The notes under the pieces are model-generated. The model was not told where the DNA came from and ran no database searches. It worked only from the letters and a program-made list of their open reading frames with translations. A stretch of DNA of 64,000 bases from Hemiscyllium ocellatum (lineage: Eukaryota): the NCBI RefSeq assembly GCF_020745735.1, contig NC_083404.1, forward strand, positions 26,846,001 to 26,910,000, given 5' to 3'. A program made the translations under genes and the position numbers. Shown here piece by piece: positions 1-12,596 of this stretch. How positions within the stretch are numbered: the first letter of the stretch is position 1; every line of letters begins with the position of its first letter.

Positions 1-714
1 TTACCCTAATTAGTTAAGGAAAAAATTGACCAAATTTAAAAAGACCTTGGAGTTCAGGTTCATAGTTCTTGCAAGTGCAGTCAAAGGTAAATAGGACAGT
101 GAATACTACATTTGGCATGCTTGCCTTTATTGGTTGGTGCACTGAGTAGAGGATTTGGGAGGTCATGCTGCAGCTGTACAGACACTGGTGAGGCCACTTT
201 TGGAATACTGGATGCAATTCTGGTCTCCTTCTGTAGGAAGGATGCTGTGAAACTTGAAAGGGTTCAGAAAAAATTTACAAGGATGTTGCCAGGGTGGAGA
301 GTTTGAGCAATGGGAATAGGCTGAATTGACTGGGGCTATATTCCCTGGAGTGTAGGAGGCTGAAGGGTGACATTATAGAAGTTTATGAGTGACATTGTTA
401 GGGTAAATAGATAAGGTCTTTTCCCTGGGCTGGGAGAGCCCAAAACAAGAGGGAATAGGTTTAAAGTGAGAGGGGAAAGTTTTAAAAGGGATCTAAGGGG
501 CAACTTTTGCATGCAGACACAGTCGTGTGTGTACAGAATGAGCTGCCAGAGGAAGTGAAGGCTGATACAATAGTTAAAAGGTATCTGCAATGGAAGTGTT
601 TGGAGGAATATGAGCCAAATGCTGGCAAATAGGACTAGATTAATTTAGGTCATCTGGTCAGCATGGGCGAGTTGGACCGAAGGATCTATTTCCATGCTAT
701 ATATCTCTGACTAT
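1..714 (+). mobile_element. CR1/HER1-type LINE, 3' fragment (end of ORF2 plus 3' tail)
   Basis: Translates to RKDAVKLERVQKKFTRMLPG, typical of the CR1 ORF2 C-terminus. Ends in the tail gttggaccgaaggatctatttccatgct..ctctgacta seen in other copies here. Confidence 0.85.
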
Positions 715-1410
715 AATTTGTGGTAAATTGGCAAAAATCCACAAAATCAGAAATAAGGCCAATTTTATAGCTGTTAATCACAGGTGCAATTGTACATTTC
801 AAACTCAAAACATTTCAAAATATGCAATAAATTTCACATCAGCATGCCTTTTGTTAAAATACATCTTAGAGTTATTGGAACCTTGTCCAATTTACCTTGG
901 TGTCATCATTGAATCTGATACACTTTAGACATTAAGCACACATTTTGCTTTGAAGCACTACTCCAGAAATATTGGTTTTTTAAAAAAAATATTACCTAAA
1001 ACAAAAGCAATCAGATAATCAAACTTAGAGACAGTCGGAAAAATCATCCAAAAACATAAGTGAATGAAACAGACTTGTTTTAATACATTTGGTGTATTCT
1101 GCGCAGTTTTGGACCCCATATCTCAGGAAGGATGTTCTGGCCCTGGAATTGTTCAGAGGAGGTCCACAAGAATGGTCCCAGGAATGAGGAATGTTTGTGG
1201 TCTCTGGCTTGACACTTGAAGTTTAGAAGGATGAGGAATATCTAATTGAAACAGACAGAACACTGAATGGCCTGTGGCCTGGACAGGGATGATATCAGGA
1301 AAACATTTCCATTGGTAGGAGAGACTAGGACCCGAGGGCACAGCCTTGGAGTTAAGGGAAGACCTTTCAGAACGGAGATAAGGAGAAACTTCTTCAGCCA
1401 GACAGTGGTG

Positions 1411-1446
1411 AATCCTGATGAAGGGCTTGTGCCCGAAACGTCGAAT
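1411..1446 (+). ncRNA. Minimal type I hammerhead ribozyme motif (family A)
   Basis: CTGATGA(1415-1421)-A-GGGC ttgt GCCC-GAAAC-GTC^gaat. Helix III is the palindrome ACGT. Predicted cleavage after C1442. The 5' strand of helix I is mostly lost. Confidence 0.75.
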
Positions 1447-1541
1447 TTCCTGTTCCTTGGATGCTCCCTGACCTGCTGCGCTTTAACCAGCAACACATTT
1501 TCAGCTCTGATCTCCAGCATCTGCAGACCTCACTTTTTACT
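1415..1541 (+). mobile_element. Short Penelope-like element 3' end (family A) with hammerhead motif
   Basis: 11-bp TSD agtggtgaatc at 1404-1414 and 1542-1552. The same sequence recurs at about 16260, 35200, 36057, 53940 and 61275. Confidence 0.85.
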
Positions 1542-2591
1542 AGTGGTGAATCTATGGAATTCATTGCCACAGAAGGCTGCGGAGGCCAGGTCATTGAATA
1601 TATTTAAGACTGAGATATATCAAGGGTTCTTGGGGATCAAGGGTTATAGGGAGAAAGCAAGAGAATGGGGTTGAGAAACTTATCATTCATGATTCAATGG
1701 AGGAGCAGACTCGACGGGCTGACTGGTCTAATTTCTGCTCCTATGACTGATGGTATTATATGCAAATCATAACAATGTCAACTGATGTTAAATTTCTAAT
1801 TTTCCTTTTGGAGGTTGGGAAGACAATGAAAGACTCATTTAAGAAACTAAAACAAGTTCATTAAAAATGAATTTGCTTCAGTAGAAGAGAAGGTTTTTTG
1901 GGGGGTGGGGAGATCAGTATGATGCAAAGTTAAAAAGTTTAGTACCTCAACTGTTTTAGTGTCTTGAAATTGTACTGCAGAATCTCTTATTTTGAGCTAG
2001 TAAACACTTGCCCTGATTGTGTGCATTTTTTCCAATAAAACAGCCAGCAAAGTTCTACAATGAAATCTAACAATCTACATCACAACATCATTACAAACTC
2101 CATCTGGAGTGTGAAATGTAAAACCTCAAAGCAATTATACTGGCAGTGAGCAAAACCACTGTCCTTGTTTAGCTTATTCTTGTTGAGATGTGTGGGGGAA
2201 AAAACAGTTATATCTACATTTCTGAAATTACACCTCAGCCACAGGCTGCTTACTTACACCTGAAGTAATTGCTGGAATTTACTGGAAATGGTTGTTTCAA
2301 ACTCAATGTGATATGGGCTCTGTGATAGTTATGAGAGAGGAAGCATTTGTCAAGGTATTTGTATCCTCCTTGGGTTACTGAGCACTTGATAACTGATCCA
2401 GTAAAATTTAACAAGTCTAACCAATCCTGTGCATTTTCCAGAATACATTCACACGCTGAGCTGAGAGACTTCAGTGTGCATCGAAACTGCAAAGTTAAAT
2501 TCATTTCACTAAAATCTGCCTTCCCCAAATTCAGTGCTTAAATAGCAATTCAAAAAAACTATACCATAATACTGTATATAAAAATCAACTG

Positions 2592-2710
2592 GAGGGGCCC
2601 TTGTGGCAAGTGATGGTGCCTCTATCTCTGGACCAGGAAGCCTGACTTCAAGTCTCATCTACTCCATAGGTGGGTATTAATATCACTGAATAGGCTGATT
2701 AAAATATATC
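2592..2710 (+). mobile_element. Degenerate short tRNA-derived SINE
   Basis: Pol III A/B-box-like head (gtggcaagtgatgg...gacttcaagtctc). A related decayed copy lies near 16410-16500. Confidence 0.4.
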
Positions 2711-2884
2711 CAGAAAATCAAATGGTTGTCTCCTTGATATAATTTAGGAACAGAAAAAAATTCTCAGCTAAATTAGACCAAAATCCAGCTAGTTTAGAGC
2801 CCATTATCCTGGTAGTAACAGGATTTTACGCTCAGTGCTGCAATTTCTTTTTGTTTTTCATTACCTCAACCCATTTGGATGTGT

Positions 2885-4965
2885 TAGAACATAGAACATA
2901 TAAAAGTACAGCACAGAACAGGCCCTTTGGCCCATGATATTGTACTGAGATTTAATCCTAATGTAAAATATAGTAACTTAACCTACGCACCCTTCAACTC
3001 ACTGCTATCCATGTGCATGTCTAGCAGTCGCTTAAATGTCCCTAATGACTCTGCTTTCACCACCACAGCTGGCAACACATTCCATACATTCACAACTCTC
3101 TGCGTAAAGAACCTACCTCTGATGTCTCCTTTATAGCATCCTCCTAATATCTTCAAACTATGACTCCTCGTACCAGTCAATCCTGCCCTGGGGAAAAGTC
3201 TCTGGCTATTGACTCTATCTATTCCTCTCATTATTTTGTACACCTCGATCAGGTCTCCTCTCTTCCTCCTTCTCTCCAGAGAGAAAAGTCCGAGCTTATT
3301 CAACCTTTCTTCATAAGGCAAGCCCTCCAGTCCAGGCAGCATCCTGGTAAACCTTCTTTGCACCTTCGCCAAAGCCTCTGTATCTTTCCCATAGTAGGGC
3401 GACCAGATCTGGACACAATATTCCAAGTATGGTCTCACCAGGGATATGGACAGCTGCAGCAAAACCCCATAGCTCTTAAACTCAATCCCCCTGTTAATGA
3501 AAGCCAAAACACCATATGCTTTCTTAACAACCCTATCCACTTGGGTGGCAACTTTGAGGGATCTATGAACTTGCACACCCAGATTTCTCTGTTTCTCCAA
3601 GAATCCTGTCTTTAATCCTATATTCAGCATCCGAGTTCGACCTTCCAAAATGCATCACTTCATATTTATCCAAGCTGAACTCCATCTGCCATTTCTCAGC
3701 CCAGCTCTGCATCCTGTCTATGTGGCGCTGCAGCTGCAGTAGTCCTCTATACTAGCAACAATACCTTCAACCTTTGTGCCATCTGCAAATTTACTGATCC
3801 ACCCTTCAACCTCCTCATCCAAGTCATTTATACAAAGAGCAGAGGCCCAAGAACAGAGCCCTGCGGGACCACTCAACACTGAATATTTTCCATCTACAAC
3901 CACCCTCTGCCTTCTGTCAGCCAATCAATTCTGAATTCAGATAGCCAAATCTCCCTAACTTTATGAATGAGCCTACTATGGGGAACCCTATCAAATGCTT
4001 TGTTGAAGTCCATATACACCAAGTCCACTGCTCAACCATCGTCGGCTTGTCTTGACACCTCCTCAAAGAACTCAATAAGATTTGTGAGGCATGATCTGCC
4101 CCTCACAAAGCCATGCTGACTGCCTTTAATCAAACTATGCTCTGCAAAATAGTCATAAATCCTATCCCTCAGAATTCTTTCCAAAACTTTGCTGACCACA
4201 GACGCAAGACTGACGGTCTAATTGCCAGGGATTTTCCTATTACCCTTCTTGAAAAGAGGAACAACATTTGCCGCCTTCCAACCCACCGGTATGATTCCTG
4301 TGGAGAGTAAAGAGACAAATATCCTTGCCAGCGACTTAGCAACCTCCTTTCTAGCTTCCCGGAGCAGCCTAGAATAAATTTGGTCCGACCCTGGGGACTT
4401 ATCAATCTTAATGTTTTCCAAAATTTCTAGCACATTAACTACATCAATCTTGATCTGGTCAAGACTATATCCCAGCTCCTCTAAGTTTTCATTTACAGCA
4501 AGTTCCCTTTTCTTGGTGAAAACCGAAGCAAAAAAACTCACTTAGGGCTTCCCCTATCTGCTTAGACTCCCCGCACAAGTTCCCTCCGCTATCCCTGATC
4601 GGCCCTACCTTCTTCCTGATCGCTGTCTTATTCCTCACGTATGAGTAAAAAGCCTTTTGGATTCTCCCTAATCCTTTTTGCCAAGCCTTTTTCATGCCCC
4701 CTCCTGGATCTCCTCAGTCCATTTCTGGAGCTTCTTTCTAGCAAGCATGTAATCCTCTAAAGCTGTGCTAGATCCTTACTTCCTCCATCTTACATAAGCT
4801 GCCTTCCTCCTTTTGATGAGAAGTTCCTCTGTTCGCGTCATCCAAGGTTCCTTAATCTTACCCCTTCATACCTGTCTCAGAGGAACAAATTTGTGCATCA
4901 CTCGCAACAATTGCTCCTTAAATAGTCTCCACATGTCTGCTGTGCCCTTTCTGTGGAACAATTAC
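2885..4965 (-). mobile_element. CR1/HER1-type LINE, 5'-truncated with frameshifted ORF2 (RT)
   Basis: ORFs 2983-3648, 3718-3924, 4218-4541 and 4489-4695 give CR1 motifs (LVRPYLEYCVQIWSP, INDLDE..SKFADGTK, KSPGSDQIY, WKAANVVPLFKKG). (tagaaca)n tail at 2885. Confidence 0.95.
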
Positions 4966-5052
4966 TCATATTTTATTACACATGTGCACATAGGTTTTGA
5001 ACTGGAACTTGCTAGGTTTTTTTTCTTTCGTATCAAATTGTTGCCAGTATTA

Positions 5053-5831
5053 ATATTTGTATCTTTAAGTTTTAATTTAGCACAGCACTGTTGTTGCATG
5101 ACAGGACCCCTTGTTAACTAATTAAAGCAAGTGACTTCTTAATATCTTCACAAAAGATTAAGAAATGACAATGGAAAGCTCAGAGAGAGATTGCTATTGG
5201 AGTCATAGGTTAAATGATCAATTACTATACAGTTGCGTCACCATGGTCTACATGTGAAGAAATGATACTTGTGAAAAACATTTTTTTTAAAAAAGTGACT
5301 GTGGGCCTCTCACGAATTATCACATGAACTCAATGACAATTGTATCATTTTCTGTATCTCATTTGTACCAATTCAAAAATAACTATTTTAGTTCCCTTCA
5401 GAATAATGGTTAGCTGGGAGTAAAGGAAATCAGCACGGTGAGGTTACTGCATTTAATTCATAGATAGAGAGTTCAGATTCATCTGCAGTTTTCTGGTTTC
5501 AATTGAATTCTAGGCATCACTGTTTTACTGACAGATTTTCAACATGGGATTCCATCTTAAAATGGTGAAAGAGATCATCTCGTTTGAATCCAAATTCTTT
5601 GTGAAAGCTTTACAGATGTAGAACTACTTCAGATAACATTTAAATATAAACAAATTCATAATCACAATTACCATGGATAAAAATAAACTAATATCAGCCT
5701 TACAAGAGTTGGAAAAATGTCCCAGATTTTTAGGAAGGACAAAAAACATTTTTTTTTCAATATTTTTCATTTGCATTGACTTGCTACCAGAATTTATATT
5801 TGTATCTTTAAGTTTTAATTTAGCACAGCAC
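5053..5831. repeat. Dispersed direct repeat: identical 36-mer at 5053-5088 and 5796-5831
   Basis: atatttgtatctttaagttttaatttagcacagcac occurs twice, 743 bp apart, with imperfect similarity for about 30 bp further upstream. Confidence 0.9.
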
Positions 5832-6914
5832 ATTGAAACTATACAGCATAAGACTGTTTTAACTGTCAAAGATAAAAATGTTATAACAGACTATTACACT
5901 TCAGTATACAATGTTTTCAAATTGTTTGAATCTTTTACAAATGTGATGATAATTTGTTATAGTATAATAAAATCAGAATCTAATGAAAATAATCGACAAG
6001 CTTTTGCGGTTTTTAAAAATTAGGACTATAATTCGCAAAGATACTGGATTAAGTACGTGCCCTCGTGACAATAAACATTGCTCCACTAGCACCCATTACT
6101 TCAACTCAGATTTAAGCATTAATACTACTATTTGTATGAATCAACATTTCAACATTCTATATAATCACACAACACAAAATACCACATTTTTAAATTTCAA
6201 AGCGTTGTTTTCCAGACCTTAAAGAGGAACATGCAACAGTTAAGTTGTTCTCATAAAAACAAAATATAATGGGGTAGACAAGTACTGCCACAGAAGCAGT
6301 CTCACAGCACAATGGATCTCAACATACACATTCCACTCAAGGTAAATAATCCCAACAGTTATTTGCGAGGCCTGAAGTGCAAAACATTGAGCATAAGATT
6401 ATCTCACATCACAGCATTGTTCAGTTATTATATCTCTATTTGTGGATATGGCATTAGTGCATTTTTGTACCTCAATGATGCTATTCAAGGTTCATTAAAG
6501 CTGCCCTGCATCCCTGTACAGCATTATCAAAAAGCTCATTGTAAAAAAAATGCAGTCATTTTTAACTACAGAATATTATTAATCAGCAACATCAGCAGTT
6601 GTGAGCTGAGCATCACGGAATCCTGGGTAAGAAAGATCCGGCAATGTTCTTATATCATAGAAAACAAGAAGGGAATGTATTAAATGAGGAAAACTTATTC
6701 AGCAACAATGGAAGTTACAGTCATATATGTAGAGGAAAAGGTTGCATATTTCAGGGGAAGCAACTGTTACTAAACCACTTTATAAGTTGAAAAACAACAA
6801 AAAAGGTTCCCACTCTTGATATCTTTGTAAGTGTTACATGTTCTGACTGTATGAGATTTCAAATAAACATAACTACATGAATTGTTCATCTCTGAAAAGT
6901 GCAAACACTAACCC

Positions 6915-7095
6915 TCCAAAATAAAAGTGCTAGAAATATACAGTAGCCTAGTTAGCATTTGTAAAGAGACTAGATTTTTTATGCCCTATACTCTTCAGAA
7001 CTAAGGATATGTGGCATACAATGTTCTCAGTTGCCTCTTCTCTTTTAAGATGCTGACTGACACACTGCATATTACCAGCAATTTCATGTTTTTAC
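6915..7095. mobile_element. Very decayed palindromic PLE-end relic (family C-like)
   Basis: aaagtgctagaaatatacag...agcatttg on the left is an imperfect inverted match to gatgctgactgac..ctgcatattaccagcaattt on the right. Resembles 19708-19885. Confidence 0.4.
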
Positions 7096-7962
7096 TGAAT
7101 TATCCCATGCAATTATTTGTAACATTCACTTAAGGAATGAACAGGTGAGGTTTACTGCCTATAAAACCATTCCAGAATGTGAATCCCTTAAGAATGATAT
7201 GCTAAACATGTTAGAATTCTTTTCCTCACCTGCAGAAAATAATAAAATTACATAGGGTTCATTCATAGGTAGGCCAGTTGGAAAGGAACAATACAGAAAA
7301 AATTCATGAAAAAACACGCACGCCCAGGATTCTGAATGCATTTCCATATGCCATTGCACGTACTAATAATGCTTTGGTTCAAATTTCACCAATGTACATC
7401 ACAATTATATTTCATGCTTTTTTTGTACTTAACCCCGTCGCAAGCTTCAGCCTGGTGTCAGTCGAGAAATGTTCAACTTTTATCAACAGGAATGAACAGC
7501 ATTTTAGGTTCAGTGCAGACTTCCAATCAGTTACCTTTAGCTCCTCGCCAATTATTGTTCCTGGTGTCTGGTTTCAATCTGTGGCATGAGTAGACAAACC
7601 AGCAGAATTTGTGATACATACAGCTATCACACAAATATGCGGACAATTAGAAGTAATCTCACTTGAATGTTCAGCTTCAGATATCTGAAGCTTCCATCTA
7701 AATATCACATATTTTATTTCTAAGAAAAGTATTAAGAACACCACATCAAATTGACTCAAAGTTCGCTTCAATTTTATCAATGTCAAGGTTCGGAAACTAC
7801 ACCTTCATGTTGTATGATGAGCAAAGTAGATAAAAATGATACTGGAAAATAGGGTAGCGATGAAAAAGTACTGGGGCCAGTAAGCTCTGTTGGCTAGATG
7901 GCTGGTTTGCGATGCAGAGTGACACCAACGACGTAAGTTCAGTTGCAACACTAACTAAGATT

Positions 7963-8088
7963 ATCCTCCAAGGTGGACTTTGGGACAGGCTGCAGAGGAA
8001 AGTGGCCGAGCAGAGGCAGATAGCTAGGTTCGGTACCCATAGGGAGGGCCTCAACTGGGACCTTGGGTTCATGTCACATTACAGGTGA
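7963..8088 (+). pseudogene. C-terminal remnant of a PLE GIY-YIG endonuclease domain
   Basis: Hand translation ILQGGLWDRLQRKVAEQRQIARFGTHREGLNWDLGFMSHYR*. The R..E...I..F.T...GLN.D pattern is typical of PLE endonuclease ends. Confidence 0.8.
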
Positions 8089-8099
8089 TTACCATTGCA

Positions 8100-8101
<2 letters not shown>

Positions 8102-8157
<56 letters not shown>

Positions 8158-8290
8158 ACACTCTCACATGCACCCCCTCACAGACTTAAGACAGTCTGCA
8201 CTCATTACACACACACACACACACACACATTCTCACACTCTCAAGCCCCATCCCAGACAGACACACACGCGTGTGCACACACAGACAGAC
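8102..8290. repeat. (CA)n microsatellites inside the PLE 3' UTR
   Basis: Pure CA runs at 8102-8156 and 8207-8229 plus CA-rich flanks. Confidence 0.95.
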
Positions 8291-8714
8291 AAAGACCCAC
8301 ATGCACACAAATATTTTGTGGGGTGAATTTGTACTTGCAGAGTTACATTGCACTTTGCTGAAAAACTGCATACATTCATGTAGAACTCTGAGCTCAAAAA
8401 CTGCATGAATTTATGTAAAACTCTGTTCTCACTTTTTAAGATTAGAATCAATCTAAACATCACGTCATAGACAGAACACAGGGGGCTAACACCTTCAACA
8501 TATTGTCTAGCTATCACCATTGTTAACAGCTAACCCGAGAATGCAACTTTTAAAAAAAGGTTTTGTGATTTACACATGAAAGAAGTGAAACTATCCCTGT
8601 ATTCTAACAGATGAAAGGCTTAACAGACAATCAATTTTTCGATGTATAATTTCAGTTACATCACACTGCAAATTTTTGCTATAAATCCTGTGTTATGATC
8701 GAGCCCTCCACAAT

Positions 8715-8749
8715 CACCTGATGAAGGAGAGTCGCTCCGAAAACTAGTG
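8715..8749 (+). ncRNA. Minimal type I hammerhead motif (family B)
   Basis: CAC-CTGATGA-A-GGAG agtcg CTCC-GAAA-aCTA^GTG, with helix I CAC/GTG. Other copies read GAAAGCTA (palindrome AGCT), so helix III is mutated in this copy. Confidence 0.7.
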
Positions 8750-9214
8750 TGCTTCCAATTAAACCTGTTGGATATAACCTGGTGTTGTGTGATTTTTAAC
8801 TTTGTACACCCCAGTCCAACACCAGCATCTCCAAATCATAAGATTATCACAAAGGACTATCCTTCTCGACCTTCCCCCTTGCCCGAGACCTGCTGACCCT
8901 CTGGTTAATGAGACAGCAGCATTACAATCTGTAGCACTGTAGCAACTTTACCTTTACTGCTCATAAGCCATAACTTATTTTTTGAAACTACTGGCAGTTT
9001 TGTAAGCACTATGCACAAAACAAAACATATTTGCAAAACCGAAGAAATTTCTGATCTTAAGTAGCTGCTTTCCTACATCTACAGTGGGGGTGAAAAGAAA
9101 GGTGCATCCACAGATCAAAGTACACTGCTTTAAAGTCGTTCTCAAAAGGGGAGAACACAACATATTATGCAAAAGGTATCCTGAAATTACCATTATGCAG
9201 AAATGCCATTCCAG

Positions 9215-9610
9215 TTATTCTTGGATATCCCAAAGTACTTTGCAGGAAATTAAAGCTTTAAGTGGAGTTACTGCTGCAATACAGAGCACAGCATCCAATA
9301 TATGCAATGCAACATGCTGGAAACAGCAATGAGTTAATAACCACATTGTTTGCAATGATATTGCTGAATGAATAAATATTGGCCAAGACACCTGAGCGAA
9401 CTCCCTTACTCTTCTTCAATTAGAATCATGGAATCTTTTTACAACAATCAGCTCAGGCCTCATTTTAGCATCTCCACCTACTGAAATGCACACACACTCA
9501 GTACTGCATTGGAGTATCAATAAATTTTAGTACTCAAGTGTGTAGCGAGGCCTGCATCCATAATCTGACTCAGCAACAAAATAGCTCCTCACAAAGCCAC
9601 TGCTGGCATT
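9215..9610 (-). mobile_element. Old Deu-domain-like SINE (SacSINE1/AmnSINE-like)
   Basis: Motifs aaatattggccaagacacc..aactcccttactcttcttcaa..catggaatctttt and cactcagtactgcattggagt recur at 25570-25760, 39030-39300 and 52830-53080. Family name is from recollection. Confidence 0.55.
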
Positions 9611-10251
9611 GTTACTAAATATTAGCACTTCAATTGATAGCCAATTCAAAAATCTATTCAATACTGCACACAAAGAAAGCATTCCCAAGATGTAGGTCAG
9701 GGATGCCTAAATGTGTTAAACCAACTCAACTTCAGCAGGCTTTTTAGTTAAAATAAATGGATAACCGAAATAACCTAGACATAATAGTTTGAACATGGAG
9801 GTTTCTGGTTCAAACAAACTCAGCTTTAAAACTGGACTTTTTCACCACTACTGGTGAAAGCGGTTGACAGATAAATTAGTATGTGAATTATAGGCCAATT
9901 GTAAATAATTATACAATAATATTTTCAAATAAAAATGTATATTAAGATAATTGTTTTCTTCTTCCCCATTAATACTGAATTTTTTTATTCCTACCCCTTA
10001 CTTTCCATCTTGAATAGTTATTTTCTCAGACTATACTGCAATAGCAACTACAACATTTACTCAGTTGTGTTATTTGTTCCAGCAGTGACAGAGTTCGGGT
10101 GAAAAAAAGTCTGACAAAAATTTATTGTTGGGAAATGCCATGTCTTGGCATTTCTGAAACGAGTTTACTTGGACAAATTTCAAATTTTAGACTCATACAG
10201 GACAAAAGAATACTTTGCCCCAAACAAAGTTCTTCTAATAGCTCATTAAAA

Positions 10252-12380
10252 GCTATACAGTCATTGAGATGTACAGCGTGGAAACAGACCCTTCAGTCCA
10301 ACTTGTCCATGCCGACCAGATATCCTAATCCAATCTAGTCCCATCTGCCAGCACTTGGTCCATATCCCTCTTAAACCTTTCTATTCATATACCTAGCCAG
10401 ATGCCTTTTAAATGTTGTAACTGTATCAGCCTCCTACACTCTGGCAGCTCTTTCCATACACGCATCACCCTCTGTGTGAAAAGGTTGTCCTTTAGGTCCC
10501 TTTTATATTTTTCCCCTCTCAGCCTAAACCTATGCCCTCGAGTTCTGGACTCTGCCACTCCAGGGAAAAAGCCTTGTCTGTTCACCCTATTTCTGCCCCT
10601 TATGATTTTACAAACCCCTTTAAGGTCAGCCCTCAGCCTCCAGGGAAAACAGCTACAGTCCATTCAACCTGTCCCTGTAGCTCAAATCCTCCAACCCTGA
10701 CAACATCCTTGTAAATCTTTTCTGAACCCATTTACGTTTCATAACATCCTTTCGAATAGGATGGAGACCAGAATTGCACACAATATTCAAAACGTGGTCT
10801 ATCCAATGACCTTATACAGCCACAACATGACCTCCCAACCCCTGTTCTCAATACTCTGACCAATAATGGAAAGCAAACACCTTTTCCACCATCCTACCTG
10901 CCTGCCACATCACTTTCAGGAAACTATGAACCTGCACTCCAAGGTCACTTTGTTCAACAACCCTCCCCAGGACCTTACCATTAAGTGTATAAGCCCTACT
11001 CTGATTTGCTTTTCCAAAATGCAGCACTTCGCATTTATCTAAATTAAACTCTATCTGCTACTTCTCAGCCCGTTGGCCCATCTGATCAAGATCCAGTTGT
11101 AATCTGAGATGACCTTCTTTGCTGTCCACTACATCTCCAATTTTGGTGTCACTTGCAAACTTACTAATTATATCTCCTATATTCACATCCAAATCATTTA
11201 TATAAATGACAAAAAGCAGTGGACCCAACAAAGATCCTTGTGGCACACCACTCATTACAGGCCTCCAGTCTGAAAAGCAAACCTCCACCACCACCCTTTG
11301 TCTTCTACCTTCAAGCCAGTTCTGTATCCAAATGGCTAGGTCTCCCTGTATCCCATGAGATCTAACCTTGGTAGCCAGTCTACCATGAACTTTGTTGATT
11401 GCCTTACTGAAGTCCACATAAATCATGTCCACTGCTGTGTCCTCCTCATCAATCCTCTTTGTTCCTTCTTCAAAAAACTCAATCAATTTAGTGAGGCATG
11501 ATTTCCCACGCAGAAAGCCATGTTGACTATCTCGAATCAGTCCTTGCCTCTCCAAAGGCATGTAAATCCAGTCCCTCAGAATTCCCTCCAACAATTTGCC
11601 CACCACTTATCTGATTTCAGGCTCACCAATCTATAGTTTTCTGGCTTTTCCTTACCACCATTCTTAAATAGTGGCACCACGTTAGCCAACCTCCAGCCTT
11701 CCAGCACCTCACACATGACTACTGATGATACAAATATCTCAGCAAGGTGCCCAGCAATCACTTCCCTCGCATCTCAGAGTTCTCAGGTACATCTGATCAG
11801 GCCCTGGGGATTTATCCATTTTCATGCATTTTAAGACATCTAGCACCTCCTCCTCTAAAATAAGGTCACTTTCCAACTTGTCACCACTTATTTTCCCATA
11901 TTCTATATCTTTCATGTCCTTCTCCACAGTAAACACTGATGCAAAATACTTGTTTAGTATCTTCCCCCATCTTCTATGGTTCCACATGCAGGCTGCCTTG
12001 CTGATGTTTGAGGAGCTTTATTCACTCCCTAGTCACCCTTTTGTCCTTAATGTATTTATAGAATCCCTTTGGATTCTCCTTAACCCTATTTGCCAAAGTT
12101 ATCTCATGTCCCTGTTTTCCCTCTTAAGTATACTCCTACTTCCTTTATACTCTAAGGATTCACTCAATCTCTGCTATCCATATGGTTCCTTCTTTTTCCT
12201 TCACCAAAACCTCAATTTCTCTAGTCATCCAGCATTCCCTACACCTATCAGCCTTGCCTTTCACCTAAATAATACTGTCTCTGGACTCTCGATACCTCAT
12301 TTTTGAATACTTCCCATTTTCTAGCCATCACTTTACCTGCAAACATCTGCCCTCTGTCAACTTTTGAAAGTCCTTACCGA
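10252..12380 (-). mobile_element. CR1/HER1-type LINE, 5'-truncated, RT core
   Basis: ORF 11058-11606 contains SQHGFLRGKSCLT, YVDFSKA, GVPQGSLLGPLLFVIYINDLD and KFASDTK. CR1 tail near 10255. Confidence 0.95.
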
Positions 12381-12596
12381 ACCCCTCCTGCTCTATTCCC
12401 AAATCCCATGCAAAACAGCCTTTTCAAAAATAAATCCAAACTTACTGTCATTTTAAAATGTCAAATAAAACAATTCTAACTGACTATTCTGGCTATTAAC
12501 TGAACTAATCTTGTAACTTAAAGGAGTGAGGATACACTAGTCACAAGACTGTTGATAGCAAATATTCATTCTTCAGCTAAACCTATAGATGGGGAG

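Larger units (their letters stand above)
1090..1760 (+). mobile_element. CR1-type LINE 3' fragment, interrupted by a PLE-derived insert at 1415-1541
   Basis: ETRTRGHSLGVKGRPFRTEIRRNFFSQTVVN...LWNSLPQKA resumes after the insert. Confidence 0.85.
7966..8838 (+). mobile_element. Penelope-like retroelement 3' portion (family B): endonuclease C-terminus, CA-rich UTR, terminal repeat with hammerhead
   Basis: 10-bp TSD taagattatc at 7956-7965 and 8839-8848. Segment 8580-8800 matches 54823-55045 in reverse. Confidence 0.9.
7880..8910 (+). mobile_element. tRNA-derived SINE split by the PLE insertion at 7966-8838
   Basis: tRNA-like head (gctctgttggctagatggctggtttgcgatgcag...aagttcagtt) continues after the TSD as acaaaggactatccttctcgacc. 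Confidence 0.5.

Noticed and set aside
2983-3648. 221-aa ORF, and the 182-, 149- and 142-aa ORFs at 11058, 12779 and 30969, as host genes
   Set aside because: All are CR1 ORF2 fragments bounded by frameshifts and stops. The overlapping + strand ORFs are antisense shadows.
7159-7578. Possible small minus-strand exons (7535-7578 LKPDTRNNNWRGAK; 7159-7229)
   Set aside because: Splice-like signals are present, but there is no recognisable protein or consistent exon chain.
8063-8520. His/Thr-repeat and Val/Cys-repeat ORFs
   Set aside because: These are translations of the CA microsatellite.
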